A model generated the notes under the pieces. That model made no database searches. It saw only the letters and a program-made list of their open reading frames with translations, and had not been told where the DNA came from. A stretch of DNA of 64,000 nt from Macrostomum lignano (Eukaryota). The stretch covers positions 124,001-188,000 of the forward strand of contig NIVC01000493.1 in the NCBI GenBank assembly GCA_002269645.1, in the 5' to 3' direction. A program made the position numbers and the translations under genes. Of this stretch, positions 49,743 through 62,689 are shown in pieces; the stretch's first letter is position 1, and the number at the start of each line of letters is the position of its first letter.

Positions 49743-50499
49743 TATTTTGAGCTTAAGTACGTGGGCTCTCGAAAGGTATTCTGAAAAAAATCTGCATTAA
49801 TTTTCGTTCATCAATGCAAAGCATCTTTTAGCTGAAACCCGTTGCTCATAATTTCCACAGCTCATGTCATTTTTATTACGCTTACATATCTCTACACCTG
49901 TCCGTTTCTACGGATTTAAATAGAGCTTCGTTGCCACTTAAAGGCAGAGGTTTTAGACAGGCCCATTGAAGGTGCTAAAGCCATTGAAAACAATTTTGGG
50001 ATTCTTAGACAACCCAAGAGAATTTTCGTTTCCCCTACTTCCCTTCTCGTCTGGATACGCGCCATCGTATTTTTAGACTCAAGTAAAGTGAAGTACAATA
50101 AAAATCATCAATCCTATTTTACTCAAATTATTGCAAAATTTAGATCTTTCTCTCCCGTTTCCATTGCAAAGATCTCCACTCGCTACTTGCAGCATAATTG
50201 GACAGTAGTAAGAAGCACAGTGAAATGTAACTAAGCATCTGTTGCAAGAGTAGACTTTTTACCTCTCTCTATATCTCTAGCAATCGATATCAATGCAATT
50301 CGGCTGTTGTCTTCGACTCGCTGACCGGTTCAGCCTTGGACGGACCAAAATTTACTGCGATATTAGCTCGGTGATCATCGAGTCACGTGACGCAGAAATA
50401 CATTGTGTGTGCGAGCTTTTAATTTGGGAGTTGTATTTGTTGCATTCTACAGTCTGGAGCTCTCTTTTGATGATTATTTTAAGACAGGCAAGACAAACG

Positions 50500-52097
50500 A
50501 CACTAAGACGCTAACCAAGACACTAAGACGCTAACCAAGACACTAAGACGCTAACCAAGACACTAAGACGCTAACCAAGACACTAAGACGCTAACCAAGA
50601 CACTAAGACGCTAACCAAGACACTAAGACACTAACCAAGATACTAAGACACTAACCAAGACACTAAGACACTAACCAAGATACTAAGACACTAACCAAGA
50701 TACTAAGACGCTAACCAAGACACTAACACTAACCAAGATACTAAGACACTAACCAAGACACTAAGACACTAACCAAGACACCAAGACACTAACCAAGATA
50801 CTAAGACACTAACCAAGATACTAAGACACTAACCAAGACACTAAGACACTAACCAAGACACTAAGACACTAACCAAGATACTAAGACACTAACCAAGATA
50901 CTAAGACGCTAACCAAGATACTAAGACGCTAACCAAGATACTAAGGCGCTAACCAAGACACTAAGACGCTAACCAAGACACTAAGACACTAACCAAGATA
51001 CTAAGACACTAACCAAGACACTAAGACACTAACCAAGATACTAAGACACTAACCAAGATACTAAGACGCTAACCAAGACACTAACACTAACCAAGATACT
51101 AAGACACTAACCAAGACACTAAGACACTAACCAAGACACCAAGACACTAACCAAGATACTAAGACACTAACCAAGATACTAAGACACTAACCAAGACACT
51201 AAGACACTAACCAAGACACTAAGACACTAACCAAGATACTAACCAAAACTCTAAGACACTAACCAAGATACTAAGACACTAACCAAGATACTAAGACGCT
51301 AACCAAGACACTAACACTAACCAAGATACTAAGACACTAACCAAGACACTAAGACACTAACCAAGATACTAAGACACTAACCAAGACACTAAGACACTAA
51401 CCAAGACACTAAGACACTAACCAAGATACTAAGACGCTAACCAAGATACTAAGACGCTAACCAAGATACTAAGGCGCTAACCAAGACACTAAGACACTAA
51501 CCAAGACACTAAGACACTAACCAAGATACTAAGACACTAACCAAGATACTAAGACACTAACCAAGATACTAAGACACTAACCAAGACACTAAGACACTAA
51601 CCAAGATACTAACCAAAACTCTAAGACACTAACCAAGATACTAAGACACTAACCAAGACACTAAGACACTAACCAAGATACTAAGACACTAACCAAGATA
51701 CTAACCAAAACTCTAAGACACTAACCAAGATACTAAGACACTAACCAAGATACTAACCAAAACTCTAAGACACTAACCAAGATACTAAGACACTAACCAA
51801 GATACTAAGACGCTAACCAAGACACTAACACTAACCAAGATACTAAGACACTAACCAAGATACTAAGACGCTAACCAAGACACTAACACTAACTAAGACA
51901 CGAAGACGCTAACTAAGACACTAACTAAGACACTAACTAAGACGCTAACTAAGACGCTAACTAAGACGCTAACTAAGACACTAACTAAGACACTAACTAA
52001 GACGCTAACTAAGACACTTATGCACTGAGACACTAAGACACTAACTAAGACACTAAGACACTAGACACTAACTAAGACACTAGACACTAAGACACTA
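50500..52097. repeat. Approximately 20-bp AC-rich minisatellite
   Basis: gacactaaccaagacactaa and variants. Confidence 0.95.
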
Positions 52098-53292
52098 TGA
52101 CAGATGAGAATCCATATTTAATATGAATATGCATGCCGTGGGAGGCGGTCACAATGTAATAGAATCTCCCGCAGACAGCAGGCATCTCCAGACCAGTCGA
52201 TATGCAGTCGTGTCCACGTGGTGAATCTCAGCTCATCAGTCAGAGAGAATGCAAACTGGGCCAGAGATTTCTCAGCAAGCCAGATCGGTGTAAAGGTGTA
52301 ATTCAATACGGGAATCGCACGAAAGCTGATAGGGGCCCGGGGAGATTTCCCGTCAACCCCCCGGTTTCTCCTACGCCAAGAAGATCGATTGCAGACCTGA
52401 GCGAATTCACTCAAAAAATCAGTCTGCTTGAGCCTTTCCTAAAACTCCGCAGTCCATGCAGATCGATTATTGCGCTACGTAGAGAGCGCAGAGTCAGCTG
52501 GGAAAGTCGCGAACGGGGCCGCAAGCTCACACTCTGGTTAAGCGTCAATGGAATCGGGAAGCGAACAGGGGCAGTTGTGTGAACAGCTGATGCGCTGCAG
52601 AGCAGGACTAGACTGAGGCCATGGCACTGCACGCCAGTTGATTTCCAACTACAGGCCTAGCGTCCGCTCCACCTGTTAGCTTGCGGCAAGTCGCTGCATA
52701 GAAGCGAGAACGAAATAAAGATAAGGAAGCAGACTGACCGAGCTGTCAGCAGATGACGCTCTTCCACCGGTGTGTGTGTGAGTCCCCTTTTCGAGCCTTT
52801 CCTCTCCTGTCCCACCCTTCCCAAAGCTAGTCTCAGCAAGCAAGCAGGCAATATATTAGTATGGAAGGCCGAGGAAAAAAGCATATTTATTTGCGTCACG
52901 GCAGGACCCAGCAGAGCCGATCCCATAGCTTTGAGTCCACTCCAAGAGTGGAGCCCGTGTAGGCGGGAGTTAGGAAGTATATTTGAGATTTCGTCTCAAC
53001 TCACGTGAACCGGTCATCAGCTGTGCTAAGCTGGGCTCTAGACTCAGTGGGCGGTGTGGACACAACTCGCTCTCAGCCAAGGAACTATTGGCAGTGGCAG
53101 CGGGGCTGGACAATTGTCCTCGGGGAAATATAGGAAACGCTGATTGAACTCCCGACTGAATGCTCCAATGATTTCAATTTCAATTTTAAGTCCGGCCAGT
53201 TTGGCATTTCGCGATGATTTAACAAAAATTGCGTAAGCATAAACTAGTGCCTCAGGATGATAAATAGCCGCTATTTGGTTATTTTACTGCAG

Positions 53293-53551
53293 CAGGGGGT
53301 CGGCAAACCTATTTCCTCAAGGACCAGATAAAGAATCTAGCTCATGGCTGCAGGCCAGATGAGAGGAATGGAGAGGGAATAGTGTAGAGAGAGAAGAGGA
53401 TGAGAGAAGAAAGAAGAGGGGAGAGAGAAGAGAAGAGAGAATAGAGAAGAAATCTGAGAACAGACACAAACCTTGAGCGGGACGGATTGCAATTGTGAAG
53501 TTTCAAAGGCCGGATAGAGAGGCTTTGCAGGCCGGAATTTGACGACCCCTG
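53293..53551 (+). mobile_element. Non-autonomous hAT (Charlie-like) MITE
   Basis: Terminal inverted repeats CAGGGGGTCGGCAAA and TTTGACGACCCCTG. Interior homologous to 61100-61600. No intact 8-bp TSD. Confidence 0.65.
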
Positions 53552-53739
53552 CTTTACATTCGTGTAGACTGGTCGTACGACACGTGTATACAATTTGTAC
53601 CCTGCTGTGATTGGGTAGTGGCTCTGATCTGCCGTAGAAGCTCTTCCATGGCGGCGGTCTGGTTCTCGACGTCCGGGCGGATCTGCGGAATCGTCGCGGT
53701 TTGCCTGGGTCGCCTTTCATTCTGTGAGGATGCTGGAGA

Positions 53740-53935
53740 CCCTGCCCGACCGCCAGAGGACGGCATCTGGAAGGCAAAAGCGGTGGCCGAGACCGTCCTG
53801 CTTTGCAACGCCGAGACCTGGACGCTGACGGATTCGCTCAAACAGTGAGTTGAAGTGAGCCAAACACAAGGACCCTCTGCGCGTAGTCTAGAAGCAACTG
53901 GAAGGAAACATCATCACAGCTCTCAGCCGGTTCAG
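53740..53935 (+). mobile_element. Degenerate non-LTR retrotransposon (LINE) RT C-terminal fragment
   Basis: AVAETVLLCNAETWTLTDSLKQ* resembles the LINE motif VESVLLYGxETWTLT; interrupted by a stop. Confidence 0.6.
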
Positions 53936-54902
53936 GAGGTTCAATTTTTAACTATTAGCGTACTTTGATATCGTAATTGATGTCGGCCTTCAGTTTCACT
54001 AACCAAAGTTGCAGTTTTTGTGTTGCCAAGCAAAGCAAATTAAAGAAGTCGTTATTAAAAAAAGACAATTCCGGAAACAATTTAGCCAAAACATGGTTGC
54101 CTTGAACCGACACTTAACAAAAGTGGAAAACACTGTATTATTTATTGTCTGACGGGTACAAACAACGTTAGAAAATTGGTGAAAAAAACGAACCTCAGGT
54201 CACAGTTGCGCTTTAATTAGCATTCCCACTTGCAGTCCAACATCTGCAGGCACCTGCAGCTGCAAACCTTAATTATTAAAAAACAGGGAAATGGACTCCG
54301 AATTTAGAGGACTGGCTGAAATGTCATCGTCATCCCGTTTCAAACTCAAAGTCTGTAGAAAAAAACAACAAAGACAATGCAATTTTTATGCAGAGTTTAG
54401 CTAATTGAATGAAAGCGATTATTGTCTAGAGCGGTAGAAAAAACAAAGACTTGCTTCAGGAACATTGCTTACAAAATTCAGGCTGATCTAAGCGTCAAAA
54501 GTTACAGATACAGACGGAAAAACACAGGTCTGAGCCGCTACCACAAAACTGAAGAGGCACAAATTAAAAAAACTAATTTAAATAGAAAAAACGAAAAACA
54601 TCTACGATAAACTCCCTTTGCTTCCCGTCACCAATGGACACAGAACACGCAACAAGATCGGGTTAGTGAAATGTAAACCAAAGCAAAAGCAAGTGCAGTA
54701 TGGTATGAAAACTGAAAATATGGTCCAAGGGAAAACCAGGGCCCGAGAGAGAGAGAGGATGACTCGGTAATGATAAATAGTTTAACTGAAAATAAACGAC
54801 CGTAGTGAATGCAGCAGTAGGTCATAAAAATCACGACAATTTTTAATGACATCCAATTTAAATAAACTAAGCAGCCGGCCCTGAAAACTTTCTCTATGAT
54901 TT

Positions 54903-55200
54903 CTCGGATTGGCTGCGGGCTTGGAGGAGGCTTTATTAGGCTTGGCGTGAGGTGGGCAGGAACGATAGGGGAAGAACTGAGATAAGAAAGGCGTTCTATG
55001 ATTGGCTGCTGGATTACGAGCTCGGAGAGGCTTGGTGTGGGGTGGGGACCAGACGGGTAGAACTGAGATAAGAAAGGCGTCTATGATTGGCTGCTGGGTT
55101 AAGAGTTGGGGGAGGCTTGGTGTGGGGTGGGGACCAGAGGGGTAGAACTGAGATAAGAAAGGCGTCTATGATTGGCTGCTGGGTTAAGAGCTGGGAGAGG
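54903..55200. repeat. Approximately 86-bp tandem repeat, about 3 copies, downstream of Tob
   Basis: aactgagataagaaaggcg at 54975, 55061 and 55146. Confidence 0.9.
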
Positions 55201-55310
55201 CCTGTCATGGGGTGCTATGTCCATAATTAGCAGCTTGTTTTCACCTAAAGAAAAACGTTCACTAACTTGAGGCGAGTTTCATGAGTGGATTTTAATCCAA
55301 AGAAAACATT

Positions 55311-56059
55311 CTAATTGGCCAGCAGCAGCTGCTCGGTGTGTCGTCCAGACGCTGACGCAGCAGAAGCAGCTGCCGCAGCCGCAGCCGCAGCCGCAGCACC
55401 CGGCGAAGTCTGCCGGCTGGAACCGTTGCTGCTGTGGTAGCTGGCGCCAGCGGTCGGGATGTGCACCGACAGCCTCTGACCGCCCACGTCGCTGCCTCCG
55501 GGACCTCCAAGGCCGGTCGACCAGTCTACGCTTGAGTAGCCAATTCCCGGCGACATTGACACCGAGCGATTGAAGGCGACCGTCGAAGCTGCCGCGACTG
55601 TTGAGTGGCGCCCGAGGCTCGCCTGAATCGGTGGCTGCTGCGCGCTGAAGTTCAACGGGGCTCCGGCCACGGCACCGAAGCCACCGCCGCCACCGACAGC
55701 TCGACTAGCGGCACCCCGACGACCGGAGCTATCCCCGAAGCCGCCGCCGTTCGATCGACCGCCGGCCGTCCGTCGAGTCTGCTGGCGCAGCTTCGTGCTG
55801 CCGAATTTGGTCTGGGCAAAGGCGGCCGCGGTGAAGAAATTGGGCGCCGAGCTGCTCTTCTGCAGCATGTACTGGCTGTAGTTGATGAGGTCCTGCTGCT
55901 GCTGCTGCTGCGAGCTGTACAGCTGGCCGAGCCCCAGCTGGGCGAAGTTCTGCGCCAGCAACAGCTGCTCCGAGGCTGGGACGAAGTCTTGGGCCTCCGG
56001 GTTGAACTCGCTGGGAGACTCGTCGTGACCTTTGTCAGTGTAGAGCACCGATACCGCTC
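55311..56059 (-). CDS. Tob: Tob exon 2 (end of BTG domain, PAM2 motif, Tob-conserved FAQTKFGSTK motif, low-complexity tail)
   Basis: cccgccag acceptor on the minus strand. FNPEAQDFVP is a PAM2 motif and TAAAFAQTKFGSTKLR is Tob-specific. Phase 1 join; full protein about 356 aa. Confidence 0.9.
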
Positions 56060-56087
56060 CTGGCGGGAGTCCGTTTTGGGATTTGTA

Positions 56088-56245
56088 GCTTGGGGATTTG
56101 GAGCTTAGGGATTTAGAGCTTTGGGATTTGGAGCTTAGGGATTTGGAGCTTCGGGATTTGGAGCTTAGGGATTTGGAGCTTTGGGATTTCGAGCTTTGGG
56201 ATTTCGAGCTTAGGGACTTGGAGCTTAGGGATTTGGAGTTTGGGT
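56088..56245. repeat. 15-bp repeat inside the Tob intron
   Basis: gggatttggagctta; source of the IPKLQ repeat in the ORF track. Confidence 0.9.
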
Positions 56246-56357
56246 ATGGAATATTTCTTTGGATTTGATGATATAAGATTTACGCTCGTATTAATTAAAG
56301 GATTGAAGATTTCCGAAAAATGGATCCCCCAAAAACAGGCTGAACAGCCGGCCTCAC

Positions 56358-56679
56358 CCTTCTCGCCGATCCGGTAGGACACTTCCCCGGGATCAATCCA
56401 CAGGGTGAGGCTGTCCGGCAGGTGCTGAAGTATCTCAGCGGCCTCTAGCCCGATCTCCCTCGCCGCCTCGAACAGCAGCAGGTTGGGGTTGTCGCCGGAC
56501 AGCTTCAGGCAGCGGTAGGCCGTGCCCTTGAGCGGCTGGTCCGGGTACCAGTGACCCCGGAACTTGGCCTGGATGGCCTTGTCCAGCTCCTCGCCAAGCA
56601 TGAGCACCCGCCGACGGGGCAGCTTGCCGTACAGGAAGGAGGTGACGAAGCTGACGGCTACGGACACTTCGGTGAGCAT
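56358..56679 (-). CDS. Tob: Tob exon 1 (BTG/APRO anti-proliferative domain)
   Basis: MLTEVSVAVSFVTSFLYGKLPRRRV...HWYPDQPLKGTAYRCL (box A)...LPDSLTLWIDPGEVSYRIGEKG (box B), then G|gtgagg donor. Confidence 0.95.
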
Positions 56680-56711
56680 CTGGAGGCTGGGCGGTTCGGC
56701 GGGAGATTTTG

Positions 56712-56835
56712 ACAACTGGCCCGATTCGCAGCCATGAGGGTCAGCCCCCATGGCACAGAGACTGTACATGCCTGATGATTAGAAAGTCAGGGCTGCTGTA
56801 CACCCTGTGTGAGCGAGTGCATGAGTGCGTGCCTG
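56712..56835 (+). mobile_element. SINE central-domain remnant, copy 3 (upstream of Tob)
   Basis: catgagggtcagcccccatggcacagag...gattagaaagtcagggctgctgtacaccctg aligns to 40131-40235. Confidence 0.65.
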
Positions 56836-56857
56836 CACGGTGACTATGCTGGGCGTA

Positions 56858-57100
56858 TTATTAGGTGCTAGGGGTAATTTATTAGGTGCTAGGGGTAATT
56901 TATTAGGTGCTAGGGGTAATTTATTAGGTGCTAGGGGTATTTCATTAGGTGCTAGGGGTATTTCATTAGGTGCTAGGGGTATTTTATTAGGTGCTAGGGG
57001 TATTTCATTAGGTGCTAGGGGTATTTTATTAGGTTCTAGGGGTAATTTATTAGGTGCTAGGGGTAATTTTTAGTTACTAGGAGTATCATTTAGGTGCTAG
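56858..57100. repeat. 21-bp minisatellite
   Basis: ttattaggtgctaggggtaat. Confidence 0.92.
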
Positions 57101-57417
57101 GGATGTTATCCGCGCCAACCTCAGCTACCAGTCATCATGGATCCTAATCTTTATCGAATAAGGTTTCTCTAATCTTTCTATAGAGTTCGTGTCAGCCACG
57201 GAATAGGGAGGGAACTGATTCAAATCAATAGCAGAGACAGTCTCAGGAGGGATGCCCTCTGAAAGCTAGCGGCTTTATTTTCTTTTTCTCTTTACTCATT
57301 TAGCGTGCCTGTATCTTAATTACAGGGAATAATTAATATAGCTTAGATGTTTCGCAGTAGCAATCATTCGCTTCAGCTAAAATCCAGGTAAGCAGAGGAT
57401 TAAGAAATGCACAAGGA

Positions 57418-58040
57418 CTCCACTCTCTGTGATATAACTTACTATAGAGCACTCCACCACTCTCTGTGGGATCACTCACTATAGAGCACTCCACTACTCT
57501 CTGTGAGATAATTCACTATAGAGCACTCCACTACTCTCTGTGAGATCACTCACTATAGAGCACTCCACTACTCTGTGAGATCACTCACTATAGAGCACTC
57601 CACCACTCTCTGTGAGATCACTCACTATAGAGCACTCCACTACTCTGTGAGATCACTCACTATAGAGCACTCCACTACTCTCTGTGAGATCACTCACTAT
57701 AGAGCACTCCACTACTCTCTGTGAGATCACTCACTATAGAGCACTCCACTACTCTGTGAGATCACTCACTATAGAGCACTCCACCACTCTCTGTGAGATC
57801 ACTCACTATAGAGCACTCCACTACTCTGTGAGATCACTCACTATAGAGCACTCCACTACTCTCTGTGAGATCACTCACTATAGAGCACTCCACTACTCTC
57901 TGTGAGATCACTCACTATAGAGCACTCCACTACTCTGTGAGATCACTCACTATAGAGCACTCCACTACTCTCTGTGAGATCACTCACTATAGAGCACTCC
58001 ACTACTCTCTGTGAGATCACTCACTATAGAGTACTCCCCT
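57418..58040. repeat. 35/37-bp minisatellite
   Basis: actatagagcactccactactctctgtgagatcactc. Confidence 0.95.
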
Positions 58041-58494
58041 ATAGAGATATTGAAAGCGAGTTTACTCACCGAGAAGAAAAGCGCAATCCACTAAATGGTA
58101 AAATATAAAACACGGCACGGTACAAATGTCTCGTTGTAAACTCAACAATTTCATTCACTAGAGAATTGCGAACCCGTTTGCCTTCTTATAGACAAGCCAC
58201 ACGCTCTTCCCTACTCAAACCAAATTCTCTTCTCCATTTTTTTCAAACTCAACAGCTATTACCCGCTGGGATTGGCTGGGAAGTCAGCTTTCCAAAAATA
58301 CCCGCTCCACAGCACTGCTGTGCCCGCCCACTCAGTCATGAATGGAATTATGAGCGTCATATTTCTTGTCTCCTCCGAACTCTACACACACACCAGCTCA
58401 TCGAACTCGTAAACTGAAATGAAATGAATTTTACTCTCCTATTTGCTAGTTCAATTAGCTGCATTTGGCAATGTCAGTACTAGATCCTGCTCAA

Positions 58495-60045
58495 CCAGTA
58501 CCAATCTGACATCCTACCAGTACCAATCCGACATCCTACCAGTACCAATCTGACATCCTACCAGTACCAATCTGACATCCTACCGGTTCCAATCTGACAT
58601 CCTACCGGTACCAATCTGACATCCTACCAGTACCAATCCGACATCCTACCAGTACCAATCTGACATCCTACCGGTTCCAATCTGACATCCTACCGGTTCC
58701 AATCTGACATCCTACCAGTACCAATCCGACATCCTACCGGTTCCAATCTGACATCCTACCGGTACTAATCTGACATCCTACCAGTACCAATCCGACATCC
58801 TACCGGTTCCAATCTGACATCCTACCGGTACTAATCTGACATCCTACCAGTACCAATCCGACATCCTACCGGTTCCAATCTGACATCCTACCGGTACTAA
58901 TCTGACATCCTACCAGTACCAATCCGACATCCTACCGGTTCCAATCTGACATCCTACCGGTACTAATCTGACATCCTACCAGTACCAATCCGACATCCTA
59001 CCAGTACCAATCTGACATCCTACCGGTTCCAATCTGACATCCTACCGGTACCAATCTGACATCCTACCAGTACCAATCTGACATCCTACCGGTTCCAATC
59101 TGACATCCTACCGGTACCAATCTGACATCCTACCGGTTCCAATCCGACATCCTACCGGCTCTAATTCGACATCCTACCGGCTCCAATCTGACATCCTACC
59201 GGCTCCAATCTGACAACCTACCGGTTCCAATCCGACATCCTACCGGTTCCAATCCGACATCCTACCGGTTCCAATCTGACATCCTACCGGTACCAATCTG
59301 ACATCCTACCGGCTCTAATTCGACATCCTACCGGCTCCAATCTGACATCCTACCGGCTCCAATCTGACATCCTACCGGTTCCAATCTGACATCCTACCGG
59401 CTCCAATCCGACATCCTACCGGCTCCAATCTGACATCCTACCGGCTCCAATCTGACATCCTACCGGTACCAATCTGACAACCTACCGGTTCCAATCCGAC
59501 ATCCTACCGGTACCAATCTGACATCCTACCAGTACCAATCTGACATCCTACCAGTACCAATCTGAAATCCTACCAGTACCAATCTGACATCCTACCAGTA
59601 CCAATCCGACATCCTACCGGTTCCAATCCGACATCCTACCGGTACCAATCTGACATCCTACCAGTACCAATCTGACATCCTACCAGTACCAATCTGACAT
59701 CCTACCAGTACCAATCTGAAATCCTACCAGTACCAATCTGACATCCTACCGGTTCCAATCCGACATCCTACCGGTACCAATCTGACATCCTACCAGTACC
59801 AATCTGACATCCTACCGGTTCCAATCCGACATCCTACCGGTACCAATCTGACATCCTACCAGTACCAATCTGGCATCCTACCAGTACCAATCCGACATCC
59901 TACCGGTTCCAATCCGACATCCTACCGGTTCCAATCTGACATCCTACCGGCTCTAATTCGACATCCTACCAGTACCAATCCGACATCCTACCGGTACCAA
60001 TCTGACATCCTACCGGCTCCAATCTGACATCCTACCGGTATCAAT
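58495..60045. repeat. 22-bp minisatellite
   Basis: accaatctgacatcctacc(agt/ggt). Confidence 0.96.
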
Positions 60046-61099
60046 CTGATCAGGATTTTTATCACAGCACGTGCAAAACCTTGCAAAGCAAAAATTGGCT
60101 GTTTAACTTGAGCAAAAAAACTCATTTCGCTATTCACGTGTACTGTCTGTCTCGCATCTCCCCCGAACTCGCAGATTATTTGCATGACTCTTCCTTAGAA
60201 CCTACATGTTACTATCCCCCACACAGCCTCTGCATAGGCATACGGTCCCTCAGGGTCTCATGTTTTCCGCAGCATGCCACACATGGACTCTCCGAGTCAT
60301 TTGACCCATCCAACTCGACACACTAGGCCAAACAATATGTTATTTACATTGGCTTCTACCCCATTAAACATCTTCTGGGTTTAGCCAGTGTTTATCTGTT
60401 CCACTTTCACATTACTTTGCCTACAGCAGTTGTGCTTGTACAGAACGAGCCAGGTACAAGACATGTTGCAGAATTGTCTTTCCTACACGTGAACACTGGG
60501 CCGCATTGAGCAAATACGCGTCTCTTCTTTAGCTTTCTCTTGTTTCTCTGTCTGTCCGTCTTTCAGTGCTTCCTCATTCTTCTTCCTACTAAGCCATTGC
60601 AATGTCTGCTTGCCTCCGGAAAGGCCCAGTTAAGGACTTTTTTTGCAAGGAGGCGGGCAGGCAGCAAGTAGCAAACGTGTGCCTTTGTCAGCAGGCAGGC
60701 AGGCGCAGTCTGTACAGTGCAGGAATAAGGGAGGATTTGGAGTGTGGGGGGGGGCTTCGGGCGGTAGTATAACTATAATACCACTGAGTCGGTATTAAAG
60801 TAATAATGCTAAACCAGTGGGGAAGCTCAGGGACTTTATGCGTGAATTAGGTGCATGGTTTGGAATTCTATAACCTATAGACGGGCACTGAAATCCAGTG
60901 TTTTCTACAGCTGCAAAAGAATTTGCGTAAAACTAGGGAGCCTAAGAAAGTTGAAGTTTGTCTTCGCGAATGAAAATGGGCAAGAATTTGAAGGAATTGA
61001 CGTTACGAGCCGTATTATAGAATTTCTCCCCCCCCCCCTAGAGACAATTTGAATCAAGAACAACTGAAGTTACGTTGTCCTTGATTTGAATTTTTTAAT

Positions 61100-62198
61100 T
61101 TAAGGGCCGAATATAGAATCTAGAGAGAAGAGGAGAGAAGACGGGGGAGATGAGAGAGTAGAGGGGAGAGGAGGGTAGAAAGGTGAGAGGGGAGAGGGGA
61201 GAGGAGAGAAAGTAGAGGGGAGATAGAGGGGAGGGGAGAGGGAGAGGGGAAGAGGGGAGACAAGAGGGGAGGGGAGAGGAGAAAAAAGAAAAGAGAGCTG
61301 AGAAGAGACAAACCTTGAGCGGGCCGGAGGGGTCGCTTCACAAGCTCGAAATTTCACAAACTCGAAAAGCACTTCTTTTCACAAACCCGAAACTTCATAA
61401 GCTCGAAATTTCACAAGTTCGAAATTTCACAACCTCGAAAATTTCGAGCTTATGAAATTTCGAGCTCATGAAAGTAACTGGTTTCGAGGTTGTGAATTCG
61501 AGCTTGTGAAAGCAACCCGGGCCGGATTGCTATTGTGAAGTTTCAAAGAACCCCCCGAGGGCCGGATAAGAGGCTTGGTGGGCCGCATGCGGCCCGCGGG
61601 GGCCCATCACAAGCTCGAAAAATCACATCGTCGAAAAGCATCCACCATCACAAGCTCGAAAAGTCATAAGCTCGAAAAATCACATCGTCGAAAAGTTTAG
61701 CAACCACCATCACAAGCTCGAAAAGTCATAAGCTCGAAAAATCATATCGTCGAAAAGTCTAGCAACCATCATCATAAGCTCGAAAAGTCACATCGTCGAA
61801 AAGGTTAGCAACCACCATCACAAGCTTGAATAGGGTTAGGGTTAGAGCTTGTGCCTTAGGGTTAGGGCTTAGGGTTAGGGTCGGGGTTAGAACTAGTGCC
61901 TTTAAGTTAGGGTTTAGGGTTAGGTTAGGGTTGGGGTTAGGGTTATGGTTCAGGGTTAGGCTAGGGTACTGGTGCCTTGGGGTTAGGGCTTGTGCCTTTT
62001 CGAGCTTGTGATGGTGGTTGCTAAACTTTTCGACGATATGCTTTTTCGAGCTTGTGATGGTGGTTGCTAAACTTTTCGACGATGTGAGTTTTCGAGCTTA
62101 TGACTTTTCGAGCTTGTGATGGAGCCCTGTTTCGACGATATGATTTTTCGAGCTTGTGATGGCGACCCGGCCCGCGGACCGGAGTTAGCCGACCTCAG
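61100..62198 (+). mobile_element. 5'-truncated hAT-type MITE interrupted by a foldback element
   Basis: Shares gaatctag, acaaaccttgagcggg and attgtgaagtttcaaag with 53293-53551. Contains gggccgcatgcggcccgcgg and ends agttagccgacctcag (degenerate right TIR). Confidence 0.55.
61600..62168. mobile_element. Foldback/MULE-like element with a degenerate (TTAGGG)n core
   Basis: Modular inverted arms (61600-61828 and about 61995-62168) around TTAGGG-like repeats. Flanking 9-bp direct repeat GGCCCGCGG at 61591 and 62169. Confidence 0.65.
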
Positions 62199-62689
62199 CG
62201 GCCTATGGTCCGCTTCCAGTCCACATTGTTTCATAGAAATCCATGGCGGTTTCGGGAGCAGTGGGGGTGGGGCGGGGAAGGGACGGAACTCAGCGAAACG
62301 CCCACACAGACCCACGCCTCACAGGCCCGGCCCCCACTCCTCATTCCAATGGAGTCCCCGCGGCACCTCCGGAGTCCGGACTACAGCTGTTGTTTACAGG
62401 GACTAAAAATGGAAGGCCAGTAAGTAGAAACGGAATGGCTTCGTCTTCTGCTTTTGCTCAAGCAAAGAAAACGTCAGGGGATTTGACTCCGCTCTCAATA
62501 TTTTGGGAGTGTGGGGGGTAATTCCTTTGATATTTCTTTACGACTGCCTGCTAACCGCGGGAACCCCCCCCTCGTACACTTTTAAACAGCGCTGCATTGC
62601 TACTCGAATAAGCTGATTTTTTGGCCTTTATATTGCGTTTCTGCAATTGCGAGAAATTGAGAAAAGAATCACATGCATTCATTCTGGGA

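Noticed and set aside
52202-52582. 126-aa ORF and neighbouring short ORFs at 52118-53008
   Set aside because: No recognisable motif, no coding-type codon bias and no consistent splice pattern.
57418-58040. T7-promoter-like ACTCACTATAG in every repeat unit (vector contamination?)
   Set aside because: Lacks TAATACG and is embedded in a naturally diverging minisatellite; coincidental.
61829-61995. True telomere or chromosome-fusion site
   Set aside because: Short, degenerate, single-orientation and enclosed by transposon-like inverted arms.
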